From: the human T2T-CHM13v2.0 reference genome, Homo sapiens
Strand: one strand, 5' to 3'
DNA: 64,000 bases
Assembly: GCF_009914755.1 (NCBI RefSeq)
Contig: NC_060927.1
The translations under genes and the position numbers were made by a program. Each line of letters starts with the position of its first letter. Within the stretch, counting starts at the first letter, position 1. Below, piece by piece: positions 1 to 14,118 of the stretch. The notes under the pieces are model-generated. The model searched no databases and was not told where the DNA came from. It saw only the letters and a list, made by a program, of their open reading frames with translations.

Positions 1-669
1 CCTCCTCCCTTGAGGGCACTCCTATCCCACCAGTGATGGAGACCTGCCCCTCCACCTCTCCCCTCCCCCAGGGCTGGCTCTAGCTTCAACCCTCTCTCAG
101 CTCTAGCAGTTCTTCAGTTAGGCATCAGGGCAAGTCCGGCCAGCCCTCCATCCTAGGGCTTCACAGGGCCGTGGGGGCTGATGCCTCCTTAGAAGCCCCG
201 AACCCTCTGCCCAGCCTCCTGCTTCCCCCATGGCTCCGTGTAAGTGGGAGGCGAGCCTGGAGGACCCTTGCAGGAATGGTGACCTTGGACAGGAAGCCTG
301 CATGCTGGCAGGAGCAAAGGGAGCCAGCCTCGTTCCCACAGCTCCTAACAGAGCTGCCTGGGAGAGAGGAGTCCAACTACCAGCCCCAACGTGCCTGGAA
401 CATAGAGACAGCCACCACAGGAAACTAAAGGCCTCAGGACAAGTGACCTGGGCAGGCCCCAATCAGAAGGCATTTTAGAAAGTCAGCAGCAAGGGAGCCC
501 AGACCTGAGCTACCAGCAAACCTGCCTAGGGCAAGGGGGAAGATGGAAGGGGAGAGGAAAAGGAGAGAGGAGAGGGGAAAGGAGAGTGGGGAAAAGCAAG
601 GAGGAAGGGCCAAGGAAGCTGCAGGAACAGCCCTGTTTGCCCCGAGTGTTAGCTCTGGCTGCTCTGGGG

Positions 670-830
670 CAGGTGGTTTACATACATGACATCACTGATC
701 TCCTACAACCCCTGAGGAGGGTCCATTCTGATCATCTCCATGTGGCAGAGAGGACACTGAAGGCCAGAGAGGTTAAGACGCATGCAAAACTGCGGTTTGA
801 ACTGGGTCGAATCCAAAGCCCTTGCTTTAG
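670..830 (+). mobile_element. MIR SINE fragment
   Basis: Degenerate MIR core: ctccatgtggcagagaggacactgaaggccagagaggttaag ... tttgaac ... tccaaagccc. Confidence 0.55.
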
Positions 831-3034
831 GTCATACTCTTTGTACAGTTCTGTACCCCACCTTTATCCCTAAACTTGAAGGCAAAGCCATGGGAAAAGA
901 GGCATAGGGATGAACTGGGCAGGCCTGAAGGGCTTGGGGCGGATGCAGGCAGAGGCTGAAAGACTGAGGCCCCTGGAAGGTGGGAGGGCCATGCTGGAGG
1001 GGAATGAGGGGAAGACTGGCAGGGCCAGCCCAATCGACTAAGCACCCACCCAACCCTGGGAGTCAAAACAGGCACTCGCACGCAAGGCTCCTCTCCGCAG
1101 CGAAGGTGAACAGCCCTAATCTCTGGAAAATTAAATCAGAAAGAAAATGGAACAAGAAAGATTTGACGCAGGCTTGGCCCTGCTGCCAGCTGTCTCCTCA
1201 AAGACCCAGCTCACCTTGGGGTTTTGCCAGGTGCTCCAGCACCCCTGGCCTGAGCCCCGAGGCATGACTCCGGGGAGACTGGCGCTCCAATCCCCTCACC
1301 ACATTTCACCACAGGGAGCAGCCAGGTGAAAGTCTTAACTGTCCATTAGGCCCCTGCAGGGAGGGCAGCCAGTGGATGAGAGACTGTGGGCGAGGCCTCC
1401 TGAGGCCCAACCCAAATAAACAAGCCCTGGGGAGGGAACCACCTCAAGAGGCCACAGGGTCTGCAGTTGGAGGCCGGGGTCAGCTGCCAGACTGGGCTAC
1501 ACTCATGTCAGGGATGTTGGGTGGGTGGCTAGGGGGCTTGTGGTGGCTCAGGAAGCCTGAGCTGGGCCAATGAGGTAGGGCGATTGGCGACAGGTAGTGA
1601 CCAGTTCAAGGACCCTAGCCAGTCAGGGTAGAGCCAGGTCCGGGCCCCCTGCCTCACCCACCCCTTCTAGGCTGCTAACCTGGCCTTCTGCCTCAGTGAG
1701 AAAATAGAGGGTATTGACATAACTGCAAATCCACCTTGAAGACTGGAGAGTTGATGGGGTAACCAGGCACCTGGGGACCCTCTACCACTGACAGCACTTG
1801 GGACAGATCCAGGACAGGCTGCACCCCTCAGGGCTCTCCCTATAGCCTAGTTCTTGATGGGACTGAGGGGCTGCCCCATGATGGGTGCACAAAAACCCTA
1901 ATCTGGCTGCTCTGGGGACACACCAGCCACGAGACTGGGTGTGTGACTGGCAGCTCCCCAGGAGGGGGCTAAGGCCTGTCCCTCACCAGCCTGGCACAGG
2001 GCTTACAGTAGGGCAAGGGGCCCCTGGAGCCCTCAGGGCACACTATCGGTGCCCAGGCAGGGGGGCTGCGTGCCACTCAGTTACATGCTTCATCAGCTGC
2101 TGACATTTTTGCCAACTGCCATGTTAGGTTCCTAAGTGGCCATGCCACACTGCCACCATCCCAGGCGGGGTGGCCCCATGGTCACTCAGCTGTATATGGT
2201 GTCCTGTCACATACAGGTTTTGTACACTGTGATGTTAGTTGTCCCATTAATAATTCCCCTTCATATCCAGTACAGAATGCCTGGGATGAACGCTCTCTTT
2301 AGAGGGCATCACAGACACAGAACCAGGCCATTACAATCAGCCTGCACGGGCTACAGTGGAGGTCACACAGCAGTGTGGGAGCAGAGAGGAGGGTGCCTGG
2401 CCTGGTCTCCTGGGTGGGCGGCCCATTAATAGCACTATCCTCCCCCACCCCCACCTCCTTACATCCCCCTGGAACAGCAGAGATGGAACAGACCTCGTCC
2501 CTGCCCTCCTGGGACTCTCTATCCAGAGGGGACAGATGCCCAGACAGGTGGCAGTAGACAGAGCTGTGCAGGAGACACTTGGGAGTGGGGCTGGCCTGCT
2601 CCAGGGTGGTAGGGGGCAAGAAAAAGCCTGGGGAGGGCTTTCCAGGGGAGAGGACATCTGAGCAGTCTGAAAGGCTGGGCAGGGGTTTTTGTGGGTGGAC
2701 AGGGACGAGGGACGCTTGGCAGCAGTAGCGCCAGGTGCAAAGGCTGGGAGAAGCGGGGATAAGGGACTGCTCAGTGGCTGCAGAGGGGCTTGTGGGGGGA
2801 CAGAAGCTGGGGAGACAGGGTGTGAGGGCAAGGGGAGCAGATACCCAGGTGGTGGGGACAGGGGGATCCTCCAGGAAGGAGGGACATGTGACTGACCACA
2901 AGGTGAGAAAGGCCTGGCGGCTCTGTGGTCCCTCGTCCTCAAGAGGCAACTTCTAGGAGCTTTCACCAGCAAGATTACCTTCACAAAACTCACAGGGGCC
3001 TGAAGCCCCCACCACCACCCCCAGCAACGCCTCC

Positions 3035-3245
3035 CTGTTTTTAAAGTTAAAGTTTAGTTGACTGTCATCCATTACCGCAATTAGTACATTATGTCTAATT
3101 ATGCAATTAGTGTAAAAAGTGCACTTGCTGCTGAGAATGGGAAATTACGCTGCCTCGTTACGCTGTAAAATCCATGTCATAAAAAGGCTCAATCTCTTGT
3201 TTTTCAAAAGACACAAAACCCAACACAAAACAATAAACCAAATCC
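3035..3245. promoter_or_regulatory. Candidate conserved intronic enhancer (homeodomain/POU/MEIS motifs)
   Basis: AT-rich non-repeat island with CTGTCA, GCAATTAGT twice, TAATTATGCA and retained CpGs. Confidence 0.5.
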
Positions 3246-6200
3246 TCCCAGCCAAGCAAGGGCCAGTCTGTGCCAACCTCCCTGTGCTTGCCCCTGTGCA
3301 GAGCCTGCCTGTGAGGCCTGCCCTGAATGTGCCCCCAGGCAAGGCACCACCCACCAGAGACACTGGGCATGGCCCATTCCTGGGTGTAGCCCTTTGCTCC
3401 TCTGAAACATACGCGAATTTCCAAACTGACTTGAAAACTGTGGCAATCCTGATTATCCATTTACACCAGGCCTGACTTGAGGCCTCCAGTGTTAAGGCCT
3501 GTATCTCAGGGGAGAACAGTCCTAGAAGGAAATGGTATCCACCCAGCTCCAAAATGAGAGGTCCTTTCTCCAAGGTTCCTGATGGCTTCTGTGAACAGGG
3601 TTGCAGAATCCAGCTCGGAAGTGGGAGGAACTTTCCCACACTCAGGACTCCCAAAGCCTGAAAGCAACACCTGGATAAGTAGTGAGCCCCCCACCACAGG
3701 GACTATTCCAGCCCAGCTGTCAGGAATGCTGAGAAGGGACTCACCCATCATTAGCAAGCACCGTGGCTGGATTCCAGGCTGCCATCGTTAGATAACAGCA
3801 TTCCTATGGCCGTGTGCCTATGTGAAGCTTGCAGTCTGTGACTTTATCTCCCCTAAATTCTGGCTCCCTTGGTGGTCACGAGGATGCTTTGGGGACAGGT
3901 TTGGAGTGAGAAAGAATCAAATGAGGTCTCCCTACTACAGAAGTGACAATCCCAAATGGCCCTGGGCAAGGGGGCTGGAGAGGGGGCACACTCCAGTGTC
4001 CCCGCCTGCCTATGCCAGCATGAGGCACACTCCTGTGTACCTCAAAACAAATGCTGCAGGACCAAAGCCATCCACGATGTATCTCCAAGGTCACAAGTTA
4101 ATGCTCTAGCGTAGGCTGCTGAGTGCCTGCCCAAGAAGCACTTTCCCCAAGCAGCTTCCCTGAGCCCCTGCCTCTGAGCTCCCACCACTCCTTGATCTAA
4201 GATGCTTGACCCAGGCCTTGGGGTGGGTGGTGCAATACCACGGAGACACCTTCACAGACAAGAATCTGCCCTGGCCTCCTGGGGATGATGCACGACCTCA
4301 TGTAGGTGCCACTGCTGAGTGGCACTCAGACAAGGTATTCACAGAATTCACAGAGCAGAGAATCTGAGGCATGGAGACCCACATATCCCAGGGCCCATGG
4401 GGCACTGGCTCCCTGCAACCTCACCCACCTGCAATTGTCATCCATTGGTTCTGGGTGTGCTGAGATACTGGAGCACTGACCACACCCCAGAGAGAAGCAA
4501 CTACTGAGAAAGCAGCTGGGGTAGAGGGAGGAGGGCATGGACCCCACTGGAGGGGCATCTGTTGCCTGAACTCAAGACAAGCGTCCCTGGACAGTTCCAG
4601 CCTCCAGGCCTTTGTCTACTCAGATGGGCTGGAGAGCAGGGGAGACAATTCTGGCACAGCACAGCCACATGGACACCAGCCATGGAGACTCTCAGGGCCC
4701 CCATCCTCTCAATGTGGCCTGGAATAGCATCGGGTGGGGAATTTGAGCCTGAGGTGAACCAAACCGCAGGCAAGAACCAGGGGCCCCTGTTTGCTCCCCC
4801 TCCCTGAGTTGGGAGCCGCCGGCTGTCGAGGCAGCTGGGAGGGAAGCTGTGCCCAGCATACCAGCTGGCACGGGGGAGTGCGAGTAAACATACCCGCACT
4901 TTCCCAACTCACAGAAGTCGCCGGGTGCGGCCGGCTGGTGTGGGCGCCCATGTTTATGGGAAGCAGATTGTTTGTGTCGGCGTCTGGGCCCCCTTGCCAC
5001 CCACCCTGGCTCTGCTCTCTCCCGCTGCCTCCCCATCCAGTTGGCCCTGCCTTCCTTTCATCAGAACTCCTCAGCCTCTTGACTGCAGAAGGATGGGGAT
5101 AGTGATGACAGGTCCTCTGTGTGGCCAGACAGGGCTCAGCGCATAACCCATGGAGTCCTTGTCATTTGACAGCTCTGGGAAATAGAGAAACTGGCTGCAG
5201 ACTACCAGGCAGTGAGTGGAGGTGCCTGTGGCACTGGGCTTCTCAGACCCCAGCCATCAGTTCCAGGCCCCCGCTGCCGCTCAGTTCTCTGGCCCGCAGA
5301 CTAGCCCGGCCTGCCCTTCAGTCCGTTCACCACCTTGTGCAGCCCTGGCCCAGCTTGGCCTTGGACAAGGACCCTACCCCCGCAGCAGGACAAACGGCCC
5401 CCTCTGCCCTACAACAGCCCAAGTAGACAGACCCAGAGTTGGGCCGCTGCCTTGCCATCTGGCCTCTTCAACCCCTTCACCCTCGTGCCCCCATCTTCGG
5501 ATGTGTAAAATGGGTTAAAGTAAAGCCCCCTTTACCCACCTCTCAGGACTCAGGGACAGTGGGCTGGGAGTGAAGGGCTCTGGGAGCCAGGGTGGGCAGA
5601 GGCTCCAGTGGACCCTTGGTGGGCCAGGGGGGACTCCCAATCATGTCACAGCTCCAGTGGGTTTCAACGGGTCATGGAGCTCTCATGTGAGATGAAACAG
5701 TCATTGTGGCCCAGAGTCCTTATAGCCCAGAGCTGGCAGAAATTCACCCCCATAAGTACCCTCATGAGACGGAATTGAGGCCAGGAAGAAAAGGGCAAAA
5801 TCTGCTTTCTCTGTATCACCTCCATCCACCCCTCACAACCCTGATAGGTCAGGTGAGCAACCTTCTTCAGGGGCTGGGCAGGTCCCCCAAGGACTCCAGA
5901 GTGGCTAGAAACTGACCTTGCCCCAAAGCCACCAGTCAGGCCCTGGGGGTGGAGATGACTGTAACAAGGGCACCCTGGAGGTGGTCAGCAGCTGGCTGGC
6001 TTTTCATCTTACAGATGAGGATATTGAGGCGCCGGGAGGGTCAGAATCTGTCCAAAGAGGAGACTTCCCAGTCTCTTGCACCCACAGCCAAGAATGGCCA
6101 AAAGCCATGGGTCTGAATTCCTGCTCTGCCCTTAAGCAGCCTTGTGGTTTGGCTCGAGCCTTCACCCTCACAGTCTGCACAGCCCTGAGCTACCTCAGCC

Positions 6201-8029
6201 AGGCCATCCTGGCATTCCTTAAAGATGGAAGTTCAAGTGTGGGGTGCTGGTGGCTTTTCATGGGACCGCCTTCCAGGGTTGCTCCCAAGGCCCTGAGCAC
6301 CTTCCCTGATCCATTCTGTCCTGCAGGGACCAACTTTCCCGGCCTCACAGGCTGGAATTCTGTCCTGTGCTGCTGAGACTTGCTAAAGATGTCACCACAT
6401 AAAGACAGCACCAACGACAGCCCCAATCACAGTAAGAGGTGCTGCTGAGGCCCTCAGGCTGGCTGCTCTTGTGAAAACATGAGATCTTAGCATGGCAGGT
6501 GTGGGAGATAAGGGTAGAGAGATGAAGGTAAGCCCAGAAGATGAGCCCATGTCCTCTCATGGTATCAGGGGCCTCTTTTGGGGCAAGGTGATCCCAGGGA
6601 CCTGCCCTGTACCAGTGCACAGATGCAGCAGCAGGCACATGCACTTGACCTTGCATACCAGGTCACACACACTGACCTCACCACATTCACACCTAGGACT
6701 CAGGAAGCCCCTTGCAGATCTTGCTCAAGTCTCACACTTAGGCTCACAGAAAAGGTACCATAGCCTAGATGGGCCTGTCCACTGTCACTGGATATATGGC
6801 AGCCCCAGGCCTGCGTGAGGCTCTGTGGGTGTCCATTCACACCTCAAAAAGTGGTGTGTGGCCATCTGAGATGTTTTAAGCAGTGGAACTTTGCTGGCTT
6901 GGACGGTTGGGGCTACCTGAAGGTCATGACCCTAAATCCTGCTGAACACACCATTGGAAGGGCTCCTAACAGCATAGGTGCCGGACCTGGATGGGGCAAG
7001 GGCATGGCCTGACCCACAGTGGACTCTGAACCAGGGTCCCAGGAGAGCCCAGCTAGGCTCCCCCTTCTGAGTTCTTGATGCAGCTGACCACAAGGCACCG
7101 GTAAGGCAGTAGGCACCAGAGTCACTGTGAATGTGCAAGCAAGTGTGCAAGGGGACACACCATGCCTGGGCCATCTCATTTACCTCCTCTGTCAGCACCT
7201 CCTGATGCCATCTTACTCCCTCCTCTAAGTTTTCCTTTTTCTCCTACTTCCAATTTTTAGGCTCTCCTTGAATTTTATGTATCCTTGTAAGTGCCCTTAA
7301 GTCTTCTGTAGAACAAGTCGGAAGCATAAATAAATAAACAAACAGGACCAAGACACTAAGGCTGTGTATAGACTGAAGATATGCTGAGGACAGGTGCACA
7401 TTAGGGACATGCATGCTCTGAAAACACATGCACTCTGGGGACACAGACCCAAGGGAACTCAGCTTCTCCCATCATTTACAGCCTATCCTGGGCTCTCACA
7501 AGAAAGCTCCCATTTTGGACCTGAAAAATGCAGGGGTGGGGTTACCACCCAAAGCTTTCCTAGAGCTGGGGTCAGTGATCTCTGAACCCAGTCCATAGAG
7601 GTGCTCCTGAGCAGGCTCTGGCCCTTCTGTACCTCAGTTCCCCCTTATTTCACTTTTGGGGAAGAGGGACAATCCATGGCACCTCCAGCTCCAGGTTCTC
7701 TCTCGGTGTATGCAAAACTCCAGCAGCAACAGGGGCCAGCATTCACCTTCCCGCATCCGTGCACAGTGTTTGCCATGCAAACAAACTGTGCAAACAGGAC
7801 TGATGGCCCGGCCACACTGGCAAACACCATGAGGGCCCTTAGCCTGAACAGCCATGAACTTCTAAGTTAAGTGTGCTATGCTCAGGGGAGGCACATGCTG
7901 TGCCTGGGCCCTGACTCCAGGTGTGCCACCTCCTTGTTGCCAGGTTTGGGGGCTGTGGGGTTGGGTGACAATTATTACGGGATTAGCTGCCATTACTGGC
8001 GGGGCCAAAGTGAGCCTCCACACCGGCCA

Positions 8030-8142
8030 TCCATTTCATCAAATTCTCACCAGCCCCAGTTGTCCTTATTTTACAGATGTCCTTATTTTACAGATGAGGC
8101 AACTGAGGCACAGAGAGTAACTGGCAGAGCTGGAATTCAATG
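8030..8142 (+). mobile_element. MIR SINE fragment
   Basis: MIR core ttttacagatgaggcaactgaggcacagagag ... ggcagagctggaattcaa. Confidence 0.75.
8061..8096. repeat. Perfect 17-bp tandem duplication inside MIR
   Basis: tgtccttattttacaga at 8061-8077 and 8078-8094. Confidence 0.95.
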
Positions 8143-11100
8143 ACTACATGGACTTACCACATGCATGAACACAGACCCTGTTTCGGACTCTGCCTCCATC
8201 TCCCCAGCAGCTGTCTCCAGCCTGTGGGATCCTGTAACTCCTCTTCAGGCCCAACCCTGCCCCTGACCCCTCCTTTGGGAAGCCACTCTGACTGCCCCCT
8301 TGGCCATGTCCATTGGGCCACCTGCACCAGGGCTATGAAAGTCAGCGGGGTCAGCTGAGTCTCGGGTTCACAAACCCCATCCTGTTTTGAACATCCATCA
8401 AGAGCTTTTTCTCAGACAGTTGGGTGAACCCTCCCAGGAAGCCAGTCCCTTCAGGATAACAAGCCCCTAATTCATTTGCCTGGTGCTGTCTACCAGACCC
8501 CGAGGGCTCATTCGCCCAACCTGTGCCCAGAGGGATTGCAGGGGGAGGGAGAGCCAAGGACAGTTCTGAGCTGGCCCAGAGGGTAGGTAGACTTCAAGGA
8601 GGTGCTTCGACTTGTAGGAAACCATCTTCGTTTGTAAGGTTGGAAGTCTAGGACCCTAGGCTACAGGTGCATAAACTGAGGCCCAAGTCAGCAGGGTAAG
8701 CAGCAGCAAAGAGCCAGGATGACCCAGGCTCCAGCTTCTCACCTTCTTCCGTGCTAGGAAGGTCAGAGAAGACATTCCAGGGAAAGGTGTAGCTGGATGG
8801 GCCAAAACAGATTGTGTACCTTCCCGGCAGAGGAGCAGCATGCAAAGGTGAAGAAGAAGGAAGGCTGGTGAGGAGAGCTTCCGGGGGAGGGGATCCACTA
8901 GCAGGCAGGGGCAGCTCTGAACCCGACCCTCACCGGGAACTCACTGCCTGTGTGAATTCTGAGAAACTGTAAGGTCGTCTGGAGGCTACAGGCTGGAGGC
9001 CTGGATCCCCACATGCAGTGTGACCTTGTCTCCCCCACCGCCCCCTTCTCGTGGTCAGGTGCCCATGGGGTCTTGGAGGCGATGGTGCCCTGGGCTTCCA
9101 CATCGTCTGTCGGCAACCTCCAGCAGGAAGGAGGGAGGCCTGCACTTCTAGCTCTGTCAAGGGCTCCCTGAGCAAGGAGGCGGTGAGGGCAATGACGCCA
9201 GGAGGACAAGAGCGGAACAAATTGCCCTGATTATGTAAGGCAGCTCTACTTCCTCCTTAGGAGGGAGAGAACTGGGAGCTAGGTTCCCCCCTGCCCCATG
9301 TCCCTCCCATATCACTGGGCCTGCTAGGAGACCCCTCAACAGAGGCTCACTCAGTCCGCCCCTGGGGCCTGCAGGGCGTGACTGGGGCAAGTGGCCTGAG
9401 TTGGTCCTGCTCAGTCACTGCTCCTCCAGTGTCTTTGAGCATACATGAGCCCCTCCAGGTTTCCTGCCTGCACCCTGAGCTGGCAGCCTCCCTGCCTGCT
9501 TGCCCAGAACTCCACACCCCAGGCCTCTCCCTGCCCCAGTCACCACAGAGCCTGGGGAACTCTGACCTCTTCCAGAATCCAACCAAGGTCACATCCAGAA
9601 TGCCACACCCTGACTGGATCAGGGCTCAGGTACGCTCTTCTAAGTGCCCCACAGAGGTCTAAGCAGGGAGCCCTCCTTTTTAGGCCCCAGAACAGGCTAA
9701 GAGTCAGACCAGCCATATCCTCAACCTGGCCTCTGGACTACCCGTCCCCTCCATGAACAAAACCTAGCCTCCCCCAGGGCCTTGAGCCCTCTGAGTTGCT
9801 ATCACTTCCCCCTACCCTAGGGCCCTTAGGGAATGCTGGAGATGCCCTAGGCTGAAGCTCCTAGGTGGCAACCATGTGGCTCCTCCCTGGCACAGGGCAG
9901 GCATTCCCTGGACAGGCCCCTTTACCAGTTAGGCCTGGGTATGTTCTGCTCTGCAGGGTTGCCCTGCAAAGGAGGCTGGGAAACCCTCTCCCATATAGTA
10001 TTACGCTTTGTGGAGTCATCAACGTGACTGGAAGCTCTGGCTATCAAGCTCTTTGAGTTTACAATGCTGGGAGGTTTAGGGTTCCTAAACTGCAAATTTA
10101 TCTCCTGCCATAAACCCAGATGATGCAGAAGCCAGTGTGTGCCTGAGTGTATCTGTACATGTATGTAGGAATGTTCACTGGTGAGCACATAGGAAGCGTG
10201 ATGGTGCTTCCATGGGCACCTCAGGCCCAAGCACATGACCCAGTGTATGTCTCCAGGTACTCACATATCCTGGTGCCTGTGTGTCGATGCACATATGTAT
10301 CCTGGTGTGTATATGCCCAGGTTTATGGCGCATGTTGGGGGAAGGCTCGCAATGAACAAAGTAAGGTGCATGTGTTCCTGAGCTCAGCCCTGAGCTCCTG
10401 TGCTCAAGTACAGCACACAGTAGGTCTCAGGGAACATCTGTGTGTGTGCACAGGCCCAGGGTACCCTCAAGCAGACCAGTCCCTGCCCTTCTGCCCACCA
10501 TTTCAGAGGGACTAGAGCCCTGCACTGGTCACATCCCTAGAGCCAGGCCACCCACACTGTGCTGGTGCCCGCTTCTAGCCACTACCCCCACAGACCCTGA
10601 GAACACCCCATTGATGGCGCAGGCTGCAACAGAGACAGTCTGAGGCACAGATTCCCTCCTGCATGTGGGGGAGAGCCGCAGCGAAGCCCTCAGGCAAGGG
10701 ATCCTTCCTGCCCACCCCCATCCCACAGACAAGAGGATCTGGAAACATCACGAAAACGACTGATCTTCCTGCTGATGGTGGGCGAGAAAAAATTATCTTT
10801 CTCTGAACACTAAAAATAAAGCCCAGTTTCCTAAAAGCAGGGCCCTTCTTAGCCAGTGGCTTAGAGAGGCTTCATCACTGAACTCCTAAGGTAGATTCGT
10901 TGAAGCCAAGAGAGGAACAAACCCTCGGCTGCCTCATTGAGGGGCTCAGCCTCGGAGCAAGATGGCAGCCCCCCACCCCTGTGATCCAACCCTGGACCTA
11001 GGACCTCACCATGAGCCCTGATGATGCTATCAGAGGTGGGCAGGAAGAGGGTAGCAGGAATTGGGTCCATATGCTGCTCGTGCCCAGCTAATGGGCTGAC

Positions 11101-12755
11101 AAATTAGCAGGTCTCCCCTCTAGGAGGTGATGCATGAGCAGTCGCCCAGGAGAGCTGGGGGATGGGCCACCCTCCATAGCACTCCTTAGGCTCAACCCTG
11201 ACGCCACCTCCATGGCTGCGCAGCCCTGCTGAGATTCCTCAGGGGTAGTGGTTGGGACTAGGGGGTGACTGTGGATTTTAGGCATGGGGAAGGCAGAAAG
11301 GGCATAAAAGGGCAGACCCAGCCTCAGAAGCCATACAAAAACAAGCCCAGCCAAGAAGGCCCAAATCAAGGCCAGGGATGAAAATAGTGTCAGCCTGAAA
11401 GGACACCATTAAGAAGGGTCTTAAAGCGTGGCCCTGTGATGCCTCCGCCACACCACACTCAGAATGACCTTGAGGCCATGAAGAGAGGGTGGCCTGGGGC
11501 GGGGGGAGCCTGTACTCCCAGGACTGCCCACCACACTCCCCATCAGAGACACAGGCATTCAGCCCGGGCCCTAGGGACTGAGTAGGTGGGAGAGAGACCT
11601 AGGGCTGGGTTCTGGGGCTTCACCCATGAAGTGGAGCTGCTTCTCCCACACAATGACAGGACTGTCACCACCCAAGCTCACAAGGGCTGTGGAGGGGACA
11701 TAGTGGGAGGTGAGGCTCCATGTGAGGAGGGGTCCATGGAGCCTGACTCAAAGCAAACTGCAGCCTCCAGAGTTTGTGAGCCCCAAGCCACAGAAGGGGG
11801 CAAGCTAAAGGTGGCCCCCAGGTCTCAACCAGTCCTCTCAGTGGAGACTTAGGCCAACCTGAAAGCCCAATATTCTTGATTTGCCCCCAAAATCACTATA
11901 CAGCCCCACCTTCCATGCACACAGGACATCTAAAATGGGGCAGGATTCACACATTCTTTTGACAGCGGATCGGCCTGGCTCCCTTTGAGGGCCCTCGGGT
12001 CAGGTGAGGCAGTCCCTGACCCAGTTCCTGTGTGGGCTTCCTGTGCAAATGGGCCCCAAGCCCCACCTACCCCCGCACCGCCTCCCCTACCCTGCCCCCG
12101 CCCCGTGTAAACAGAACCCGCCACTCTCTCCCAGGAGCTGCTAATTCCTCGCCAGAACTGCTCGGACGTGAAATTGGAGTGAGACAATGTGTGTTTAAGG
12201 AAATGAATCTCGAATCTTAAGAGGCTCTGGAGCCCGCCCTGCACCCCCATCACCCTGCTCTCGCCCACCAGAGCCAGGAAAGGAGCACTTGGCATCAGAG
12301 AAGAGAAAGGCGGAGGTGACATTCAGCGCCAAATTAGCAGCCGCCACAGCCAAATATTGTACTTGCCTCCAATCTTCTTTTATTTTTCCAAAGAAAAGGC
12401 TTTTACAGAGTGAAAGAGGCTGTTGGAACACTGAGGCTGATGATCGTTTGTAAAAGGCAGGCCTGCTGCGCGCATGCCTGACTCAGAGCCTTCCCTTCCC
12501 ATCGGCAGGCCTCCCCTCCCTGCCCACAGTCACATCCGCAAGACGCCCGCCGACGTCACACCCCACCGCACCAGCCACACTGGCCGATGTCACGGGTGTC
12601 CTTAGCCAACAAGACCCAGGGGCTCTGACCCTGTGCCAGTCCTGGACATGGGACCTGCCTCTGAGCTGTCTCCCCGCCTACATGGGGCCCTTGGAAATGA
12701 GGACTCATTTGTGGTGTGTACAAAACCACTGTGCCTACAGAGGCCTCAAAAGTGA

Positions 12756-13197
<442 letters not shown>

Positions 13198-13599
13198 TGA
13201 CACTTTGTTGAACACTACCAGTCATCCTGAAGTTCAGGCCCCTGAACCCAGCCTACCTCCATCCACGCTAATTAACCCACTGAGCAGGCTGAGCAGATAC
13301 CCTCTGCATGCCCCTCCACTATTTTCATCCCTGGCCCCTTGACCAAGTGCTTGGACAACTTCCATGGGTTTTATCGATGGTACAGACTTAGCCCATGTCT
13401 CCCATTTCCTCAAACCTGGCTGCCAGGGGCCTGTCCAGTGAGAGGATGGGGAGCCTGCTGAGAGGCCCCCTAGTTCCCACCTGGATGGTGACTGGAACCT
13501 GGCCCTGTCCCACAGGTGCACCCTTCAAGCTCACACTGTGTCTCAGAGCCCACCTCAGACCCCACTCCTAACCAACCCCAGGAGGTGGAGGCGTGGCAA

Positions 13600-13700
13600 T
13601 GGTCCATTTTGCAGGTGGGATACTGGGTTCAGAGAGTTCTTGTGACTCACCCGAGGCCTCAGCGCTGGCAAGAGGCATAACCAGAACCTGGGTCCAAGCT
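13600..13700 (+). mobile_element. MIR SINE fragment
   Basis: ccattttgcaggtgggatactgggttcagagag ... tgactcacccgagg ... agaacctggg. Confidence 0.55.
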
Positions 13701-13712
13701 GCACAAGTCTCA

Positions 13713-14118
13713 TGATGTGGATGCTGGGCTGCATCACCCAGATTACCCCTTCGGCACGAGGCCCTCATCCCCTCACTGCCAAGGGTGTTGCCTGCTGACT
13801 CCTCTCATCCGAGTCCCTCCCCAGGCTGTACCCCGAGCAGATGTGGCTCCACTGCCTGTGGTCACAGAGGTGGAGTGGGGGTGCACAGAGGCCTGGTCCC
13901 TTGGCCTCAATGGGGACAGCTCTGATGGGCCAGCCCACCTCCAGGGCTGTCTGTGGAATTGGCTCAGGCTTGAGAATGCCTCACAGCCCAACTTTTCCTG
14001 CTGCCCAACCCTGCGTCCTTCACCCCTCACAGGTGTGGTTCCCAAGAGTACTCTCCAGTAAACACCTGCACATGACCTCCATCTCAGAGTCTGACTCCAG
14101 GGAATGGACCCTATCGGA
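13713..14118 (+). mobile_element. ERVL LTR (LTR16A-like), 5' LTR
   Basis: Colinear with recalled LTR16 consensus: ctcatcccc..ctgcc..gtgttg.ctgctgac, gcctcaat.gggaca.ctctga.gggcca, cagcccaactt, cctcacaggtgt, agtaaac..ctgcac, ctcagagtctg. Confidence 0.85.
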
